Part shown: piece after piece, positions 9,492 through 19,585 of the stretch
Layout of the letters: each line of letters opens with the position of its first letter
How positions within the stretch are numbered: the stretch's first letter is position 1
Assembly (NCBI GenBank): GCA_002389285.1
Contig: DGOF01000020.1
Span: forward strand, 1 to 57,182
DNA: 57,182 nt
Direction: 5' to 3'
Origin: Patescibacteria group bacterium UBA4473
GTDB taxonomy: Bacteria; Patescibacteriota; Gracilibacteria; UBA4473
Position numbers and translations under genes: made by a program
The notes under the pieces: model-generated
What the model saw: only the letters and a program-made list of their open reading frames with translations
Databases searched by the model: none
What the model was told of the DNA's origin: nothing

Positions 9492-10001
9492 ATGTTTCCT
9501 CTTGTTATCGACGCAGACGCTCAGATACTTCGCACGGTATGCAACCCGGTGCAGCATTTTGATGATGCGCTGGCTTCTTTTGTTGAAGAAATGATCGAAA
9601 CCATGACGGCCCCCGATCCTGAAACGCAGGTCGTAGGGATTGGACTCGCGGCAAATCAGATCAATGTTAATACTCGTGTCCTCTTGATAACCCAAAATGT
9701 TGGCACCAAAAAAGACTACAAAATTCTACCGATGATTAATCCTGAAATCCTTGAACTTTCTCGTAAAAAAATATGGATGGAAGAAGGTTGCCTTTCCCTT
9801 CCGGGGGTCTTTGGAAGCGTTGAACGACCTGCTAAGGTAAAGGTTCGCTGGCAAAATATATCCGGAAACTGGTGCGAAAAAAAGCTTGATAAATGGGATG
9901 CCCGCATCTTTTTGCACGAATATGATCACTTAGAAGGTATTTTGTTTACGGATTATCCGGTCAAAAATCTACAGCACCAGCGACCAGATCCCTCCTGCTG
10001 A
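9492..10001 (+). CDS. def: Peptide deformylase
   Basis: GIGLAANQ, EGCLS, HEYDH. Confidence 0.96.
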   Translation: MFPLVIDADAQILRTVCNPVQHFDDALASFVEEMIETMTAPDPETQVVGIGLAANQINVNTRVLLITQNVGTKKDYKILPMINPEILELSRKKIWMEEGCLSLPGVFGSVERPAKVKVRWQNISGNWCEKKLDKWDARIFLHEYDHLEGILFTDYPVKNLQHQRPDPSC

Positions 10002-10003
10002 AG

Positions 10004-10031
10004 TTGCATAAATCCCCTAAACCAATAGTAT
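10004..10031 (+). promoter_or_regulatory. Putative ftsH promoter
   Basis: TTGCAT-N16-TAGTAT. Confidence 0.45.
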
Positions 10032-10079
10032 TCTCCCAGCGCTTGTTTTCTCTGAACAATCTGCCTAATTTTTGACTTC

Positions 10080-11918
10080 ATGCCCGGTCCTCGTAACGCT
10101 CCAAAACGAAAAAGTCCTTTTTCATTTTTGCTTATTTTAGCGCTTATTGGTGCTATCCTTACGGTTTTTACCTCATCGGATGAGCCCCCCGTGGTTCATT
10201 CAGGATCCTCTGAAAAAATTTCATTATCCGAACTTATTCGTCGTTACAAAAAACAAGACCTGGAAAAAATTGAAATCAAAGACAATAAAATCACAGCCTA
10301 TGCCCTCGATGGACAAGTGTTTCTTTCTCATAAAGAATCTTCGGCGAATATCGGGGACCTGGGCCTCTCTGATCCACAAAACCCCACCCAGGTAGAAATC
10401 ATTGATACCAGTGGCGGCAAATTCTGGACGAACATCTTGATCGGCGTCGCGCCTTTCTTGCTTTTGATTTTATTCCTGATATTTCTTTCTCGTCGAGCCG
10501 GTTCTATGGGAGGAGAAAATGGCCCCTTCGGGTTTGGAAAATCTCAGGCAAAAACCTACGATCGATCCAAAAATCGAACGAAATTTGCAGAGGTTGCCGG
10601 TGCTGAAGAAGCCAAAGAAGACGTCATGGAAGTCGTAGACTTTTTGAAAAATCCAAAAAAATATCAGCGCATGGGCGCCAAAATCCCAACAGGTATTTTG
10701 CTCGTCGGTCCTCCCGGAACGGGAAAAACGCTCCTCGCTCGTGCTATTGCAGGAGAAGCCAACGTGCCTTTCTTTTCGGTCTCCGGATCTGAGTTTGTAG
10801 AAATGTTTGTGGGCGTTGGTGCCAGTCGTGTCCGCGACCTCTTCAAAACCGCCAAGCGGAATGCTCCATCTATTATTTTTATCGATGAGATCGACGCCAT
10901 TGGAAAAAAACGTGGCCAAGGCCAAGGCGGAGGTCATGATGAACGAGAACAAACGTTGAACCAGATTTTGACTGAAATGGACGGCTTCGAGTCTGAAACA
11001 TCGGTGATTGTCCTCGCGGCCACGAACCGTCCAGATGTTTTAGACAAAGCCTTGCTGCGTCCAGGACGATTTGATCGACGGGTCCAGATTGATCTACCAG
11101 ATATGGAAGCTCGACTGAAGATCTTAGAAGTCCATGCCAAGAACAAGACCTTTGCCCCGAAGACAGAATTTAAAAAAGTAGCCTCCAAGACGGTTGGATT
11201 CTCCGGTGCCGATCTTGAGAATGTTTTGAATGAATCCGCGATTGCGGCTGTGAAACACCGACAAAAAAATATTACCGAAAAAGATCTCAGTGACGCCGTC
11301 GAAAAAGTTTCAATGGGACCCGAACGACGATCTCGAAGAATCACACAGTCCGAACGAGAAATCATTGCCTACCATGAAGTCGGACATGCGATCTCGGGTC
11401 ATCTTTGTGAGAACTGTGAACCCGTGCACAAGGTCTCTATTATCGCCCGAGGCGGAGCGCTAGGTGTCACGTGGTTCTTGCCCACAGAAGATACATATCT
11501 TCGAAGTGAGGCCAAAATGCGTGACGATATGGTCTCTCTCCATGGAGGACGTGTCGCGGAACGTTTGATCTTTGGTCAGACCACGACCGGTGCTTCTAAT
11601 GACCTTGAACGTATTACTAATATCGCCCGGAACATGGTGATGACCTACGGGATGGGAGATGTTGAAAAGGTCGGCCCGGTAGTCTTTGCGCCGAAAGCTC
11701 GACTGGGTGGCTGGGATGAATACCTCCAAAAAGAATACTCTGAGGAAACCGCTCGTAAGATCGATCAAAATGTTCAAAAACTTGTTCTCGAAGCCGAAGC
11801 TCGTTGTGTAGAAATTTTGAAAAAAGAGCTGCCGCTTCTAAAAAAGATCTCGCTGGATCTGCTCGAAAAAGAAAATATTTCTGAAGAAGAATTCTTGGCG
11901 TACTTTAAGAAGGCCTAA
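10080..11918 (+). CDS. ftsH: ATP-dependent zinc metalloprotease FtsH
   Basis: Two TM helices, [15 protein letters not shown] region ([17 protein letters not shown]), HEVGH. Confidence 0.98.
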   Translation: MPGPRNAPKRKSPFSFLLILALIGAILTVFTSSDEPPVVHSGSSEKISLSELIRRYKKQDLEKIEIKDNKITAYALDGQVFLSHKESSANIGDLGLSDPQNPTQVEIIDTSGGKFWTNILIGVAPFLLLILFLIFLSRRAGSMGGENGPFGFGKSQAKTYDRSKNRTKFAEVAGAEEAKEDVMEVVDFLKNPKKYQRMGAKIPTGILLVGPPGTGKTLLARAIAGEANVPFFSVSGSEFVEMFVGVGASRVRDLFKTAKRNAPSIIFIDEIDAIGKKRGQGQGGGHDEREQTLNQILTEMDGFESETSVIVLAATNRPDVLDKALLRPGRFDRRVQIDLPDMEARLKILEVHAKNKTFAPKTEFKKVASKTVGFSGADLENVLNESAIAAVKHRQKNITEKDLSDAVEKVSMGPERRSRRITQSEREIIAYHEVGHAISGHLCENCEPVHKVSIIARGGALGVTWFLPTEDTYLRSEAKMRDDMVSLHGGRVAERLIFGQTTTGASNDLERITNIARNMVMTYGMGDVEKVGPVVFAPKARLGGWDEYLQKEYSEETARKIDQNVQKLVLEAEARCVEILKKELPLLKKISLDLLEKENISEEEFLAYFKKA

Positions 11919-11929
11919 GCACCGCTCTT

Positions 11930-13048
11930 CTAAAAATGCTGGGCAATCGCTTTAACGGTAATAAAGAATACTTCTCCTTCCACTTGAGCTAATTCTTCTA
12001 TCCCTTGTTCGGAAAAAAATACGCCAGTTTCTTTTTGCATCTTCTCAAGAGCCGCTTTATACGTGAGTATAGCATGTCCCTGAGCCAGTCCTTTACGAAT
12101 AGAGGCTTGTCGATCTCCCGATACATTTTTTTTGAAAAAGGGAACTTCCAAGGACCAAAAAGCATGGTCCAACTGACGATCTCTTAAAAAATTTTCACGG
12201 GCTCTGATATTCCCTTTCTTCCGTTCTGATTCCATCGTCTCTTGATAGCGCGTTTTAAGCAGGTTTTCAAAGGCGTCCGGATCGAACCATTTAGCTACCG
12301 TAGCTATCTCCTCTCGAATTTTTCTCAGAATAGAAATACATTCTGATTTATCCTGATCTTCTACCGCTTGCTCTAGATCTGCCAGAAGTATCTTTTGTCT
12401 TTCTTTCAATTCTCTACTTACTCGGTTGGAAGCAACCGCAATTTTTTCTTCTGGCGCTTGGACAATTTTCTCAACTTTTTTAGGCGCTTCCCTTTGAACC
12501 GCTTCAACCGTTGGAAGATCTGTCTTAAGTTCTGAATCCGGATTAGACACAGGAACTTTTTCTCTTTCTAAAAAATTATTTTTTTGGTCTCGGATTGCGC
12601 CCAAACTTTGACAGGCCAGCATACCATAATGATTTAATCTGACAGGAGTGTCATAGATACCGGTTCGTTCGTTAAGATCCGTTGACTCTTCCGACCCCGG
12701 AAGAAAAAATGAATGTCCCCCAACCTCCACCGCAAAGGTACACATATCATCATAAAGAAAGTACTGACTCTCTCTAAAATACCGCTCTAAGTGGGTTGAT
12801 ATGGGATGCTTGGTGACTTCAAAAATAACTCTCAGATCATTTTGATACTGATTCCACAAAGACCTCACATGACGTCCTAATTTTCCATCCGGGACACCTT
12901 CTTGTTTTTTATACACTGAAATCTGATAGATTTCTTCTAACCGTACTTCCGATCGTTGCATAAAACCGCGCAACCTTTCTGCTGAAAGTTTTTTGGGCGC
13001 TTTGTTAGCCGATTCCTCTAATGGAGTGTGTGCTGAAAATCTTTTCAT
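11930..13048 (-). CDS. Hypothetical protein (orphan, helical, charged)
   Basis: 372-aa ORF filling the intergenic gap, with TTGACA upstream; no motif recognised. Confidence 0.7.
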   Translation of the reverse strand: MKRFSAHTPLEESANKAPKKLSAERLRGFMQRSEVRLEEIYQISVYKKQEGVPDGKLGRHVRSLWNQYQNDLRVIFEVTKHPISTHLERYFRESQYFLYDDMCTFAVEVGGHSFFLPGSEESTDLNERTGIYDTPVRLNHYGMLACQSLGAIRDQKNNFLEREKVPVSNPDSELKTDLPTVEAVQREAPKKVEKIVQAPEEKIAVASNRVSRELKERQKILLADLEQAVEDQDKSECISILRKIREEIATVAKWFDPDAFENLLKTRYQETMESERKKGNIRARENFLRDRQLDHAFWSLEVPFFKKNVSGDRQASIRKGLAQGHAILTYKAALEKMQKETGVFFSEQGIEELAQVEGEVFFITVKAIAQHF

Positions 13049-13122
13049 GTCGACATTCTTTTAATGAATTGCTATTAAATGTCAACTCGCGTTTTCAAGA
13101 AAAGTTCGTAGAGTAGGCGCTG

Positions 13123-13692
13123 ATGAGTGGCAAAATTATTTTTATCTCGGGGCCTTCTGGTGCCGGCAAAGGAACGATCATTGATGCGTTGCGTGAGCGG
13201 CATGAGGATTGGGTCTTTCCCCCTAGCTGTACCACTCGAGATCCTCGCCCGGGAGAAATAGAAGGCGAGACGTATTATTATATTTCAAAAGAAGAGTTTC
13301 GGCGGCGTATTGAAGAAGGGCTTTTTCTGGAACATGCAGAAGTACACGGAGGAAACTTCTATGGCACGTTGAAATCACCGCTGATTGAAGGGGTTGAGTC
13401 TGGTCATATTGTGATTCGTGAGTTTGATGTGCAGGGATTTGAAGCGGCGCGGGAGATTTTGCCCCGAGAATATTACACTTCAATTTTTATTGATCCTCCG
13501 AGTGAAGAAATTTTGATTGAACGTATCAAAAACCGTGCGCCGATCAGCGATGAAGATCTGGCTCATCGGCTGGAATCTATGCGCAAGGAAGTCGCCAAAC
13601 GCGATCTGTACGATCATCACATCATGCCTACTGAGGGTGACATCGAAGGGATGATTCAGGCGGCTGAGACTATCATTGATCAAGAAACTTAA
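13123..13692 (+). CDS. gmk: Guanylate kinase
   Basis: SGPSGAGKGT, TTRDPRPGE, YGT. Confidence 0.95.
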   Translation: MSGKIIFISGPSGAGKGTIIDALRERHEDWVFPPSCTTRDPRPGEIEGETYYYISKEEFRRRIEEGLFLEHAEVHGGNFYGTLKSPLIEGVESGHIVIREFDVQGFEAAREILPREYYTSIFIDPPSEEILIERIKNRAPISDEDLAHRLESMRKEVAKRDLYDHHIMPTEGDIEGMIQAAETIIDQET

Positions 13693-15089
13693 ACCGCATA
13701 ACTCGCCGCGGCAGCTTCTCTTGGCTTGAGGCTTGGATTTTTTGTTTTTTGACGGATAAAGGTCCCAACGGGGACTTCTTTTTCACAGGCAAAAGACGCG
13801 ACTTTGTTCGTGTTCCCTCCGTGGAGAACCTCGACTGATTCTTCTCCAAACTTAAAGTCTGTGGCCGTCACCATAAAGTCATCCACCCGCTGACTCATAA
13901 CAAATTCAACCTCGGCTCCGGTCTCAATTCTGTTTTTTGCGATAAATTCTATCCGTCCATTTTCACACTTGGTGACCACACCACAGAATTCTTTATGGCA
14001 GGTAGACTGATTTCCTTCGTACTGAATATCGCCTTTTTCAGGTTTGCCCCGCAAAAACCCAGGGAAAAATCCTCGGTTGGCTGTCGCGTGAATCTCTTCC
14101 CACAGCACCGGATCAAATTCTTTGCCCGCCGCTAAATTATCTAATGCCTCACGATAAGCTCGTGCGACCGTCGCCACATAATAAGGCGTTTTGTTCCGAC
14201 CTTCGACCTTGAGAGAACACACGCCACCCGCCTGGATATCTTTTAAATACTCAATCATACACATGTCTCGCGAGCTCATGATGTGTGTCCCGTGAAAGTC
14301 TTGTTCGATCGGAATCATCTGATCTTGGCGGAGTTCTTCTTCGGCAAATTCCACACCCTCAAATTCTCGCAAATCTTTGGCTTTTGATTTCCCACACCCA
14401 CAGCCTCCCGTTTGTACTTTGTCAGCATTTTCAAAGTGCTCAGCGACGTTCACTTTGCGACCATCGTCATCGTAGACCTGATAGTTCCATCGGCAGGTGT
14501 GGTTACACGCCCCACAGTTGGCGTCTCGTCCTCCGGTAAAGGAAGAGAGGATACAACGTCCAGAATACGCCATACAGACGGCTCCGTGGACGAAATACTC
14601 GAATTCCATCTCCGGCATCATCTTGTGAATGATCGCGACTTCTCGGATGGCCATCTCTCTCGCACAGATCACACGACGCACGCCTAAGTCCCACCAGGTT
14701 TTAATCGCCGGGATGTTCATGGTCGAAGTCTGGACCGATAAATGCTTTTCAATACTGGGCGCAAATTCATTCGCCACGGCCAAAACACCAATGTCGGCAA
14801 AAATAATACCGTCGGGTTTGAGTTCTTCTAAAAATTTAAAATGCTTCTCCAGCATCTTGATCAAAAATTGATGGGGAAAGGCATTCACTGTGACGTAAAC
14901 TTTTTTATTTAATTTTCGCGCTAAAGCGACCACCTTTTTCATATCCTCTTCGGTCACATTGTTTTCCCGTGTCCGAAGCGAAAACATCGGGCATCCGCAG
15001 TACACGGCATCAGCACCATAACGAAATGCAACCTGGATTTTTTCCAAGCTGCCACCGGGCATGAGAAGTTCGGGTAATTGCATTTTCAT
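13689..15089 (-). CDS. U32 peptidase family protein (TrhP/YegQ-like tRNA hydroxylase)
   Basis: ELLMPGG, GADAVY, HLSVQ, E.FVHGAVCMAYSGRC, LKVEGR; start ATG at 15089 or 15083. Confidence 0.88.
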   Translation of the reverse strand: MKMQLPELLMPGGSLEKIQVAFRYGADAVYCGCPMFSLRTRENNVTEEDMKKVVALARKLNKKVYVTVNAFPHQFLIKMLEKHFKFLEELKPDGIIFADIGVLAVANEFAPSIEKHLSVQTSTMNIPAIKTWWDLGVRRVICAREMAIREVAIIHKMMPEMEFEYFVHGAVCMAYSGRCILSSFTGGRDANCGACNHTCRWNYQVYDDDGRKVNVAEHFENADKVQTGGCGCGKSKAKDLREFEGVEFAEEELRQDQMIPIEQDFHGTHIMSSRDMCMIEYLKDIQAGGVCSLKVEGRNKTPYYVATVARAYREALDNLAAGKEFDPVLWEEIHATANRGFFPGFLRGKPEKGDIQYEGNQSTCHKEFCGVVTKCENGRIEFIAKNRIETGAEVEFVMSQRVDDFMVTATDFKFGEESVEVLHGGNTNKVASFACEKEVPVGTFIRQKTKNPSLKPREAAAASYAV

Positions 15090-15133
15090 TGATAAAACGG
15101 CCTCGATAGTAGGGAAATCGAGGGAAAAGGCAA

Positions 15134-15209
15134 TGGTGGGCCAGGTGAGAATTGAACTCACGACAAAGGCGTTATGAGCACCCTGCTCTAACCACTGAGC
15201 TACTGGCCC
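15134..15209 (-). tRNA. tRNA with CAT anticodon, most likely tRNA-Ile2 (lysidine)
   Basis: GGGCCAGTAGCTCAGTGGTTAGAGCAGGGTGCT-CAT-AACGCCTTTGTCGTGAGTTCAATTCTCACCTGGCCCACCA; cloverleaf with encoded CCA; G1-C72 pair and no GGG/CCC anticodon stem, so not the initiator. Confidence 0.93.
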
Positions 15210-15280
15210 GTAAAGAACGAATCAATTCTAGGGAATCTTTATTTATTGTCACCTCCTTCTCTCCTAACTATTATAAGTCT

Positions 15281-15487
15281 ATGTCAAAACTCACTCTCCT
15301 CGGCATTACCTTCCTCCTCCTGGGAATCCTTTCGGGCATTATTCAAAATACTTTTTATGGATACGTCGATGCTGAAGGCGTTCTTCGTGACAGTCTTTTT
15401 TTACCGCTTAGTTTTTTGTTTATAGGTCTTGGGTTAGTTTTGTTTCTTGTGAAGACCGTTCTTTTTTTCCTTCATCGCCATAAATGA
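15281..15487 (+). CDS. Small two-TM membrane protein (DUF3955-like)
   Basis: FYGYVDAEGVLRDSLFLPL between two hydrophobic helices. Confidence 0.7.
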   Translation: MSKLTLLGITFLLLGILSGIIQNTFYGYVDAEGVLRDSLFLPLSFLFIGLGLVLFLVKTVLFFLHRHK

Positions 15488-16005
15488 AAAAAATTATGAT
15501 TGTCGGATCCTCGGGCGCTGGAAAATCTGTTTTTTCTCGAAACTTACACCAGATCACAAACATTCCTCTTTATCCTCTTGATAAAATATTCTGGAAGCCG
15601 GGTTGGGAAGAGTCAGACAAGGCTGATTTTCGCGAAAAAGTTTTGGAAATTGCGAAAAAAGACACGTGGATCATTGATGGAAATTATGGGGATACCATAG
15701 AGATTCGAGCCGCAGAGGCCGATACCATTATCTTTTTTGATTATCCAAGATCTCTTTGTATTTGGAGAGCTATGAAACGTTTTCTCAAAGGAAGGCTTTT
15801 CCAGGTAAAAAGAAAAGATATATCAGAAGACTGTGAAGAAAGAATGAATTGGCCGTTTTTTATGTGGATTTGGACGTACCCTCATAAAGGAAGAAAAAAG
15901 GCCCTGGCTCAAATAGAGGCGGCTGGATTTTCTTTTGAAAAAATTATTTTCATTAAGCGTGAGCGCGATAAAAATCGGTTCTTGAAAAACAAATTAACTA
16001 CGTAG
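15484..16005 (+). CDS. P-loop kinase, adenylate-kinase/topology-modulation (FlaR-like) family
   Basis: IVGSSGAGKS, LDKIFWKPGW, WIIDGNY. Confidence 0.85.
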   Translation: MKKIMIVGSSGAGKSVFSRNLHQITNIPLYPLDKIFWKPGWEESDKADFREKVLEIAKKDTWIIDGNYGDTIEIRAAEADTIIFFDYPRSLCIWRAMKRFLKGRLFQVKRKDISEDCEERMNWPFFMWIWTYPHKGRKKALAQIEAAGFSFEKIIFIKRERDKNRFLKNKLTT

Positions 16006-16028
16006 TTAATTACGTAATTAATTACGTA
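15992..16028. repeat. Three imperfect 12-bp tandem repeats forming nested palindromes
   Basis: AATTAACTACGT AGTTAATTACGT AATTAATTACGT; perfect palindromes at 15992-16011 and 16011-16028. Confidence 0.85.
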
Positions 16029-16074
16029 GATAAAAAACTAGCAACGCGCATTCTTATGTCATTTTCAAAAAAAG

Positions 16075-16126
16075 ACCTATTGCCAGTCATAACTATCATA
16101 GATCCATGACATCAGGTTTTTGGTTT
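16075..16126. repeat. 52-bp direct repeat, copy 1 (duplicate of the carboxypeptidase gene 3' end)
   Basis: Matches 17194-17245 with one mismatch (T16081 vs C17200). Confidence 0.95.
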
Positions 16127-16127
16127 A

Positions 16128-16820
16128 TTGGCCGGAGCAGGTTTCCACGAGCGTAGCGAAGTGGCACCTGGTTCGAAACGGTTTTATCCCGGCGACTCAG
16201 CCATCTCTTCTAACTTTAACCGGGCTTTGGGGGTTTGCTGATGAATACCACCAATGATTTGTAGAATGAACATATTTCTTCATAACTGGATTAGCCTCGA
16301 TGTAATCCCATTTTTGTCCGTATACAAAATCTGATTCCAAGTAAATGGGCATATTAGTTTTTTTCCAAATATTAAAATTCCCATTTTCATTCTGAAAAAA
16401 GTGAACTATTTGAGGTTCATATTTTTGTATGTTTTTCATCAACTCTCTTGATGTGTGTTTTTTAAAGTCTCTCACAAACCCCGCCACGTCAGGACTATGC
16501 ACAATTAAATGTATGTGATTAAGCATGAAAACATAAGCCATAACACTCAATTCTTTATTTTCAATGCAGTAGTTGAGAGAATTTTTGAGTATTTCCCATC
16601 GATCATAACGATCGAAGATGTAGTACCAATGTTGGACAGTAAATGTTAAGAAATAAAATCCATTATTTCCTTCTTTGCAAATACGTTTTGATGGCATGTG
16701 ACAATGCTATCTTCATTTCATAATGTGCCAAATATTTAATCTATATTTAATGTAACGAAAGTATTTGAAACGTTTCGAACCAGGTGGTTTCGGATAACGA
16801 AACACACCTGCTCCGGCCAA
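16128..16820 (-). mobile_element. REP-RAYT module: HUH tyrosine transposase flanked by inverted REP-like ends
   Basis: Left end TTGGCCGGAGCAGGT...CACCTGGTTCGAAACG (16128-16180) is inverted relative to CGTTTCGAACCAGGTG...ACCTGCTCCGGCCAA (16771-16820); each end has an internal hairpin. Confidence 0.85.
16197..16697 (-). CDS. REP-associated tyrosine transposase (RAYT, Y1 HUH family)
   Basis: YFLTFT, AYVFMLNHIHL (HUH), RDFKK, YIEANPV, WWYSSA. Confidence 0.92.
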   Translation of the reverse strand: MPSKRICKEGNNGFYFLTFTVQHWYYIFDRYDRWEILKNSLNYCIENKELSVMAYVFMLNHIHLIVHSPDVAGFVRDFKKHTSRELMKNIQKYEPQIVHFFQNENGNFNIWKKTNMPIYLESDFVYGQKWDYIEANPVMKKYVHSTNHWWYSSANPQSPVKVRRDG

Positions 16821-16917
16821 ACACCTCCCCCGAGGAATCACCCAACACCCCCCTCTCATTGACTTTTTTCACATTCTCACTATAGTGACCATGTTTTTAT
16901 AATTTCACACTTGAAAT

Positions 16918-17211
16918 ATGCATCTCTCCGAAACGATCCCAAGCCGTATAGTCGTCCCCGAAGCATATTGGTCGTCCAAACTCCCTCAAATAATTAAAAC
17001 CGCTGATACCAACCCTATTATCGTTGTAAGTTCTTCAAACATGCTCGCTTACGGACAACGTTCTGCCGCGGAGGCGGGAAGAGATGATTTAATATTTGAA
17101 CTCAACGGAGATCAATTCGATAAAACGGCCCCACTACAAACGTTTACAGACGAAACAACCAGCAAAGTACGATGCTCTTTGTCTCCCTTTCCAACCTATC
17201 GCCAGTCATAA
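16918..17211 (+). CDS. Hypothetical protein
   Basis: 97-aa ORF preceded by TTGACT-N16-TATAGT (16859-16886); stop lies inside repeat copy 2. Confidence 0.55.
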   Translation: MHLSETIPSRIVVPEAYWSSKLPQIIKTADTNPIIVVSSSNMLAYGQRSAAEAGRDDLIFELNGDQFDKTAPLQTFTDETTSKVRCSLSPFPTYRQS

Positions 17212-17245
17212 CTATCATAGATCCATGACATCAGGTTTTTGGTTT
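17194..17245. repeat. 52-bp direct repeat, copy 2
   Basis: Matches 16075-16126; encodes the carboxypeptidase C-terminus on the minus strand. Confidence 0.95.
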
Positions 17246-18134
17246 CACCAAAACGATCCAGAGATCCGAGGACTACGGTGAGGACTTCATGGCCTTGCGG
17301 GGTTTCACCAAGCGCAATGAAGCATTGTCCCGCCAGATGCGTGTAGCCGGTTTTGAGGCCTTTGAGGTTGAGAAAAGATCCGAGTAACTGGTTGGTCGTC
17401 GTTTTTTCATGGAAGAATTCCTCATCTACGGAGGTCCCAAAGAAGTGTGGCTGTTTAACCGTCTTACGGATGAAGTCGCTTTCCAGTGCGAGTCGAGCGA
17501 GCTTTAACACATCTCGTGCGGACATTTCATTGCCTAAAATCACCGGATCATTTTCATGAACGCCCACCTCACTTTCCTGGTTTGGCATAATATCAAGCCC
17601 TGTTGCGTTATACATACGCGCCGAATAAATTTCTTTCTCCTTCAGCCATTGCTGCATTTCTTTGGCAAAAGCCGCCTCCGTTCCGGAATGATGAATCCCA
17701 AGGGCAACCGCCGCATCATTCGCCGACGCGATAAGCGTGGCTTCCAAAAGTGTCCGGATCGAAAGTTGCTCGTATTCATAGATATCAATCCGAGAGCCTT
17801 CGGCACGGGTGGCTTCGAGACCGACGGTTACGACTTCTTCTAAGTCATAGTTCTCAAGAATCAAGAGCGTTGTAACGAGCTTCGTCAGGGATGCAATCGG
17901 CTGTCGACGATCGGAGTCTTTTGCAAAAAGTTCTTTTCCTGTTTTGACGTCGATACTCAAAATTGCCAGATCTGGGTTTTCAAAAAATCGAGGCGCTCTT
18001 TTGTTTGGGTCTTTTTGGGGCGATGCCACCGGCTCCAATACCGATAATTCCTGCTGAAAAGAATGTGTTGGATTCTGAATGAAGAAATCTTGTGCTTCAG
18101 GGGAAAGCAGCGCGAGGAATAAAAGTTCGAGCAT
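17196..18134 (-). CDS. D-alanyl-D-alanine carboxypeptidase (peptidase S11)
   Basis: PIASLTK (SxxK), SAN (SxN), KTGYT. Confidence 0.93.
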   Translation of the reverse strand: MLELLFLALLSPEAQDFFIQNPTHSFQQELSVLEPVASPQKDPNKRAPRFFENPDLAILSIDVKTGKELFAKDSDRRQPIASLTKLVTTLLILENYDLEEVVTVGLEATRAEGSRIDIYEYEQLSIRTLLEATLIASANDAAVALGIHHSGTEAAFAKEMQQWLKEKEIYSARMYNATGLDIMPNQESEVGVHENDPVILGNEMSARDVLKLARLALESDFIRKTVKQPHFFGTSVDEEFFHEKTTTNQLLGSFLNLKGLKTGYTHLAGQCFIALGETPQGHEVLTVVLGSLDRFGETKNLMSWIYDSYDWR

Positions 18135-19561
18135 TATTGAATCCGATAACGAGTAGTGCCGTCTTCGTCTACCAACTCAATACCACGTGCAGCGAGTTCA
18201 TCCCGGATACGATCAGATTCCCCCCAGTTTTTTTCTTCTCGAAATTTTTTTCGCTGTGTGATTAAATCTTGAATTTCGACTTCTTCCTCTGGAGATAATA
18301 ATTTTTTATCGGGGAAAATATCAAAAATTTGGTCAAAATCTGTTTCTAAAAAATGAATGATACTTGTGGCTTGTTCTGATGATAAAGCTTTTTCATCGCG
18401 CAATTTAAGCGCTTGTTTCATCAGGTCAAACACCACGCCTAAAGCGTCAGCCGTATTCAAATCATCGGCAAGCGCTGTCTGAAATTTTTCTCTAAAAGGC
18501 GCTATAAATGCTTCGTTGGCTTCCGATGTCTCGGCAATTTTTTTGAGAATAACTTGAGCTTCGGTAAGTCTTGCGATCGAGGCCCGTGCCATTTCCAAAC
18601 TCTCAAATGTAAAATTCAAAGCCGTTCTGTAGTGAGCCGAAAGCAGCGTGTACCGAATCTCATTTCCCGCCCAGCCTTTTTCAAAAAGATCTCTCACGGT
18701 GTAAAAATTCCCGTCTGATTTCGACATTTTCTGGCCATCCACTAATAAATGCTTGGCATGAAGCCAGTAGTTCACTGATTTGTGCCCGCCGTTGGCCCCT
18801 TCGTTTTGGGCAATTTCACATTCGTGATGGGGGAAGATGTTATCTTCGCCACCCGTGTGAATATCAAACGAATCTCCCAAAAGGGCCTGACTCATGGCTG
18901 AACACTCAATGTGCCATCCTGGGAAGCCTCGTCCCCAAGGGCTTTCCCATTGCATCAGATGATTTTCGTCAGCTTTTTTCCAAAGGGCAAAGTCAAGCGG
19001 GGATTCTTTGTCACTGTGTACTTCTACCCGCGCTCCGGCGACCAGTTCTTCTAGATTATTTTTTGAGAGCTGACCATAATTTTTAAATTTTTCGGTTCGA
19101 AAATAAACCGACTGATTCGATTCATAGGCATAGCCTTCTTCGATCAATTTTAGGGCTAAATCTATTTGTTCTTGAATAAACTCCGTCGCACGAGGACGAT
19201 GTAAGGGAGGAATAATGCGTAGTTTTTTTTCATCTTCTACAAAGGCGTCTTCAAAAAATCGAGCAATCGCAAAAGGATCTTTCTTTTCGAGGCGCGCTTT
19301 TTTGAGAATTTTATCTTCGCCTTCGTCCGCGTCTGACACGAGATGCCCTACATCGGTTATGTTCTGCACTTTCGTCACGGCATAACCCAAATATCGGAAG
19401 GTTCTCTCTAATAAATCAGCCATAAGAAAAGACCGAAAATTCCCAATGTGAGCAAAATCATAGACGGTTGGGCCACACGAATAAAGCGAAACCTTCCCGG
19501 GCTGAAGAGGGGTAAATGTTTCTCGTTTTCCCGAAAGCGTATTTTGAAGAAAGATATTCAT
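18134..19561 (-). CDS. cysS: Cysteine--tRNA ligase
   Basis: CGPTVY, HIGN, PGWHIEC, FPHHE, KMSKS. Confidence 0.98.
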   Translation of the reverse strand: MNIFLQNTLSGKRETFTPLQPGKVSLYSCGPTVYDFAHIGNFRSFLMADLLERTFRYLGYAVTKVQNITDVGHLVSDADEGEDKILKKARLEKKDPFAIARFFEDAFVEDEKKLRIIPPLHRPRATEFIQEQIDLALKLIEEGYAYESNQSVYFRTEKFKNYGQLSKNNLEELVAGARVEVHSDKESPLDFALWKKADENHLMQWESPWGRGFPGWHIECSAMSQALLGDSFDIHTGGEDNIFPHHECEIAQNEGANGGHKSVNYWLHAKHLLVDGQKMSKSDGNFYTVRDLFEKGWAGNEIRYTLLSAHYRTALNFTFESLEMARASIARLTEAQVILKKIAETSEANEAFIAPFREKFQTALADDLNTADALGVVFDLMKQALKLRDEKALSSEQATSIIHFLETDFDQIFDIFPDKKLLSPEEEVEIQDLITQRKKFREEKNWGESDRIRDELAARGIELVDEDGTTRYRIQ

Positions 19562-19585
19562 ATCCGTGGCCAAAGCCGGATATTT

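Noticed and set aside
15134-15209. tRNA as the integration site for the 15.3-17.2 kb accessory genes
   Set aside because: Those genes lie on the tRNA's 5' side, and no duplicated tRNA 3' end was found.
16075-17245. 52-bp repeat as a DGR template/variable repeat pair
   Set aside because: Only one mismatch, too short, and no reverse transcriptase in the window.
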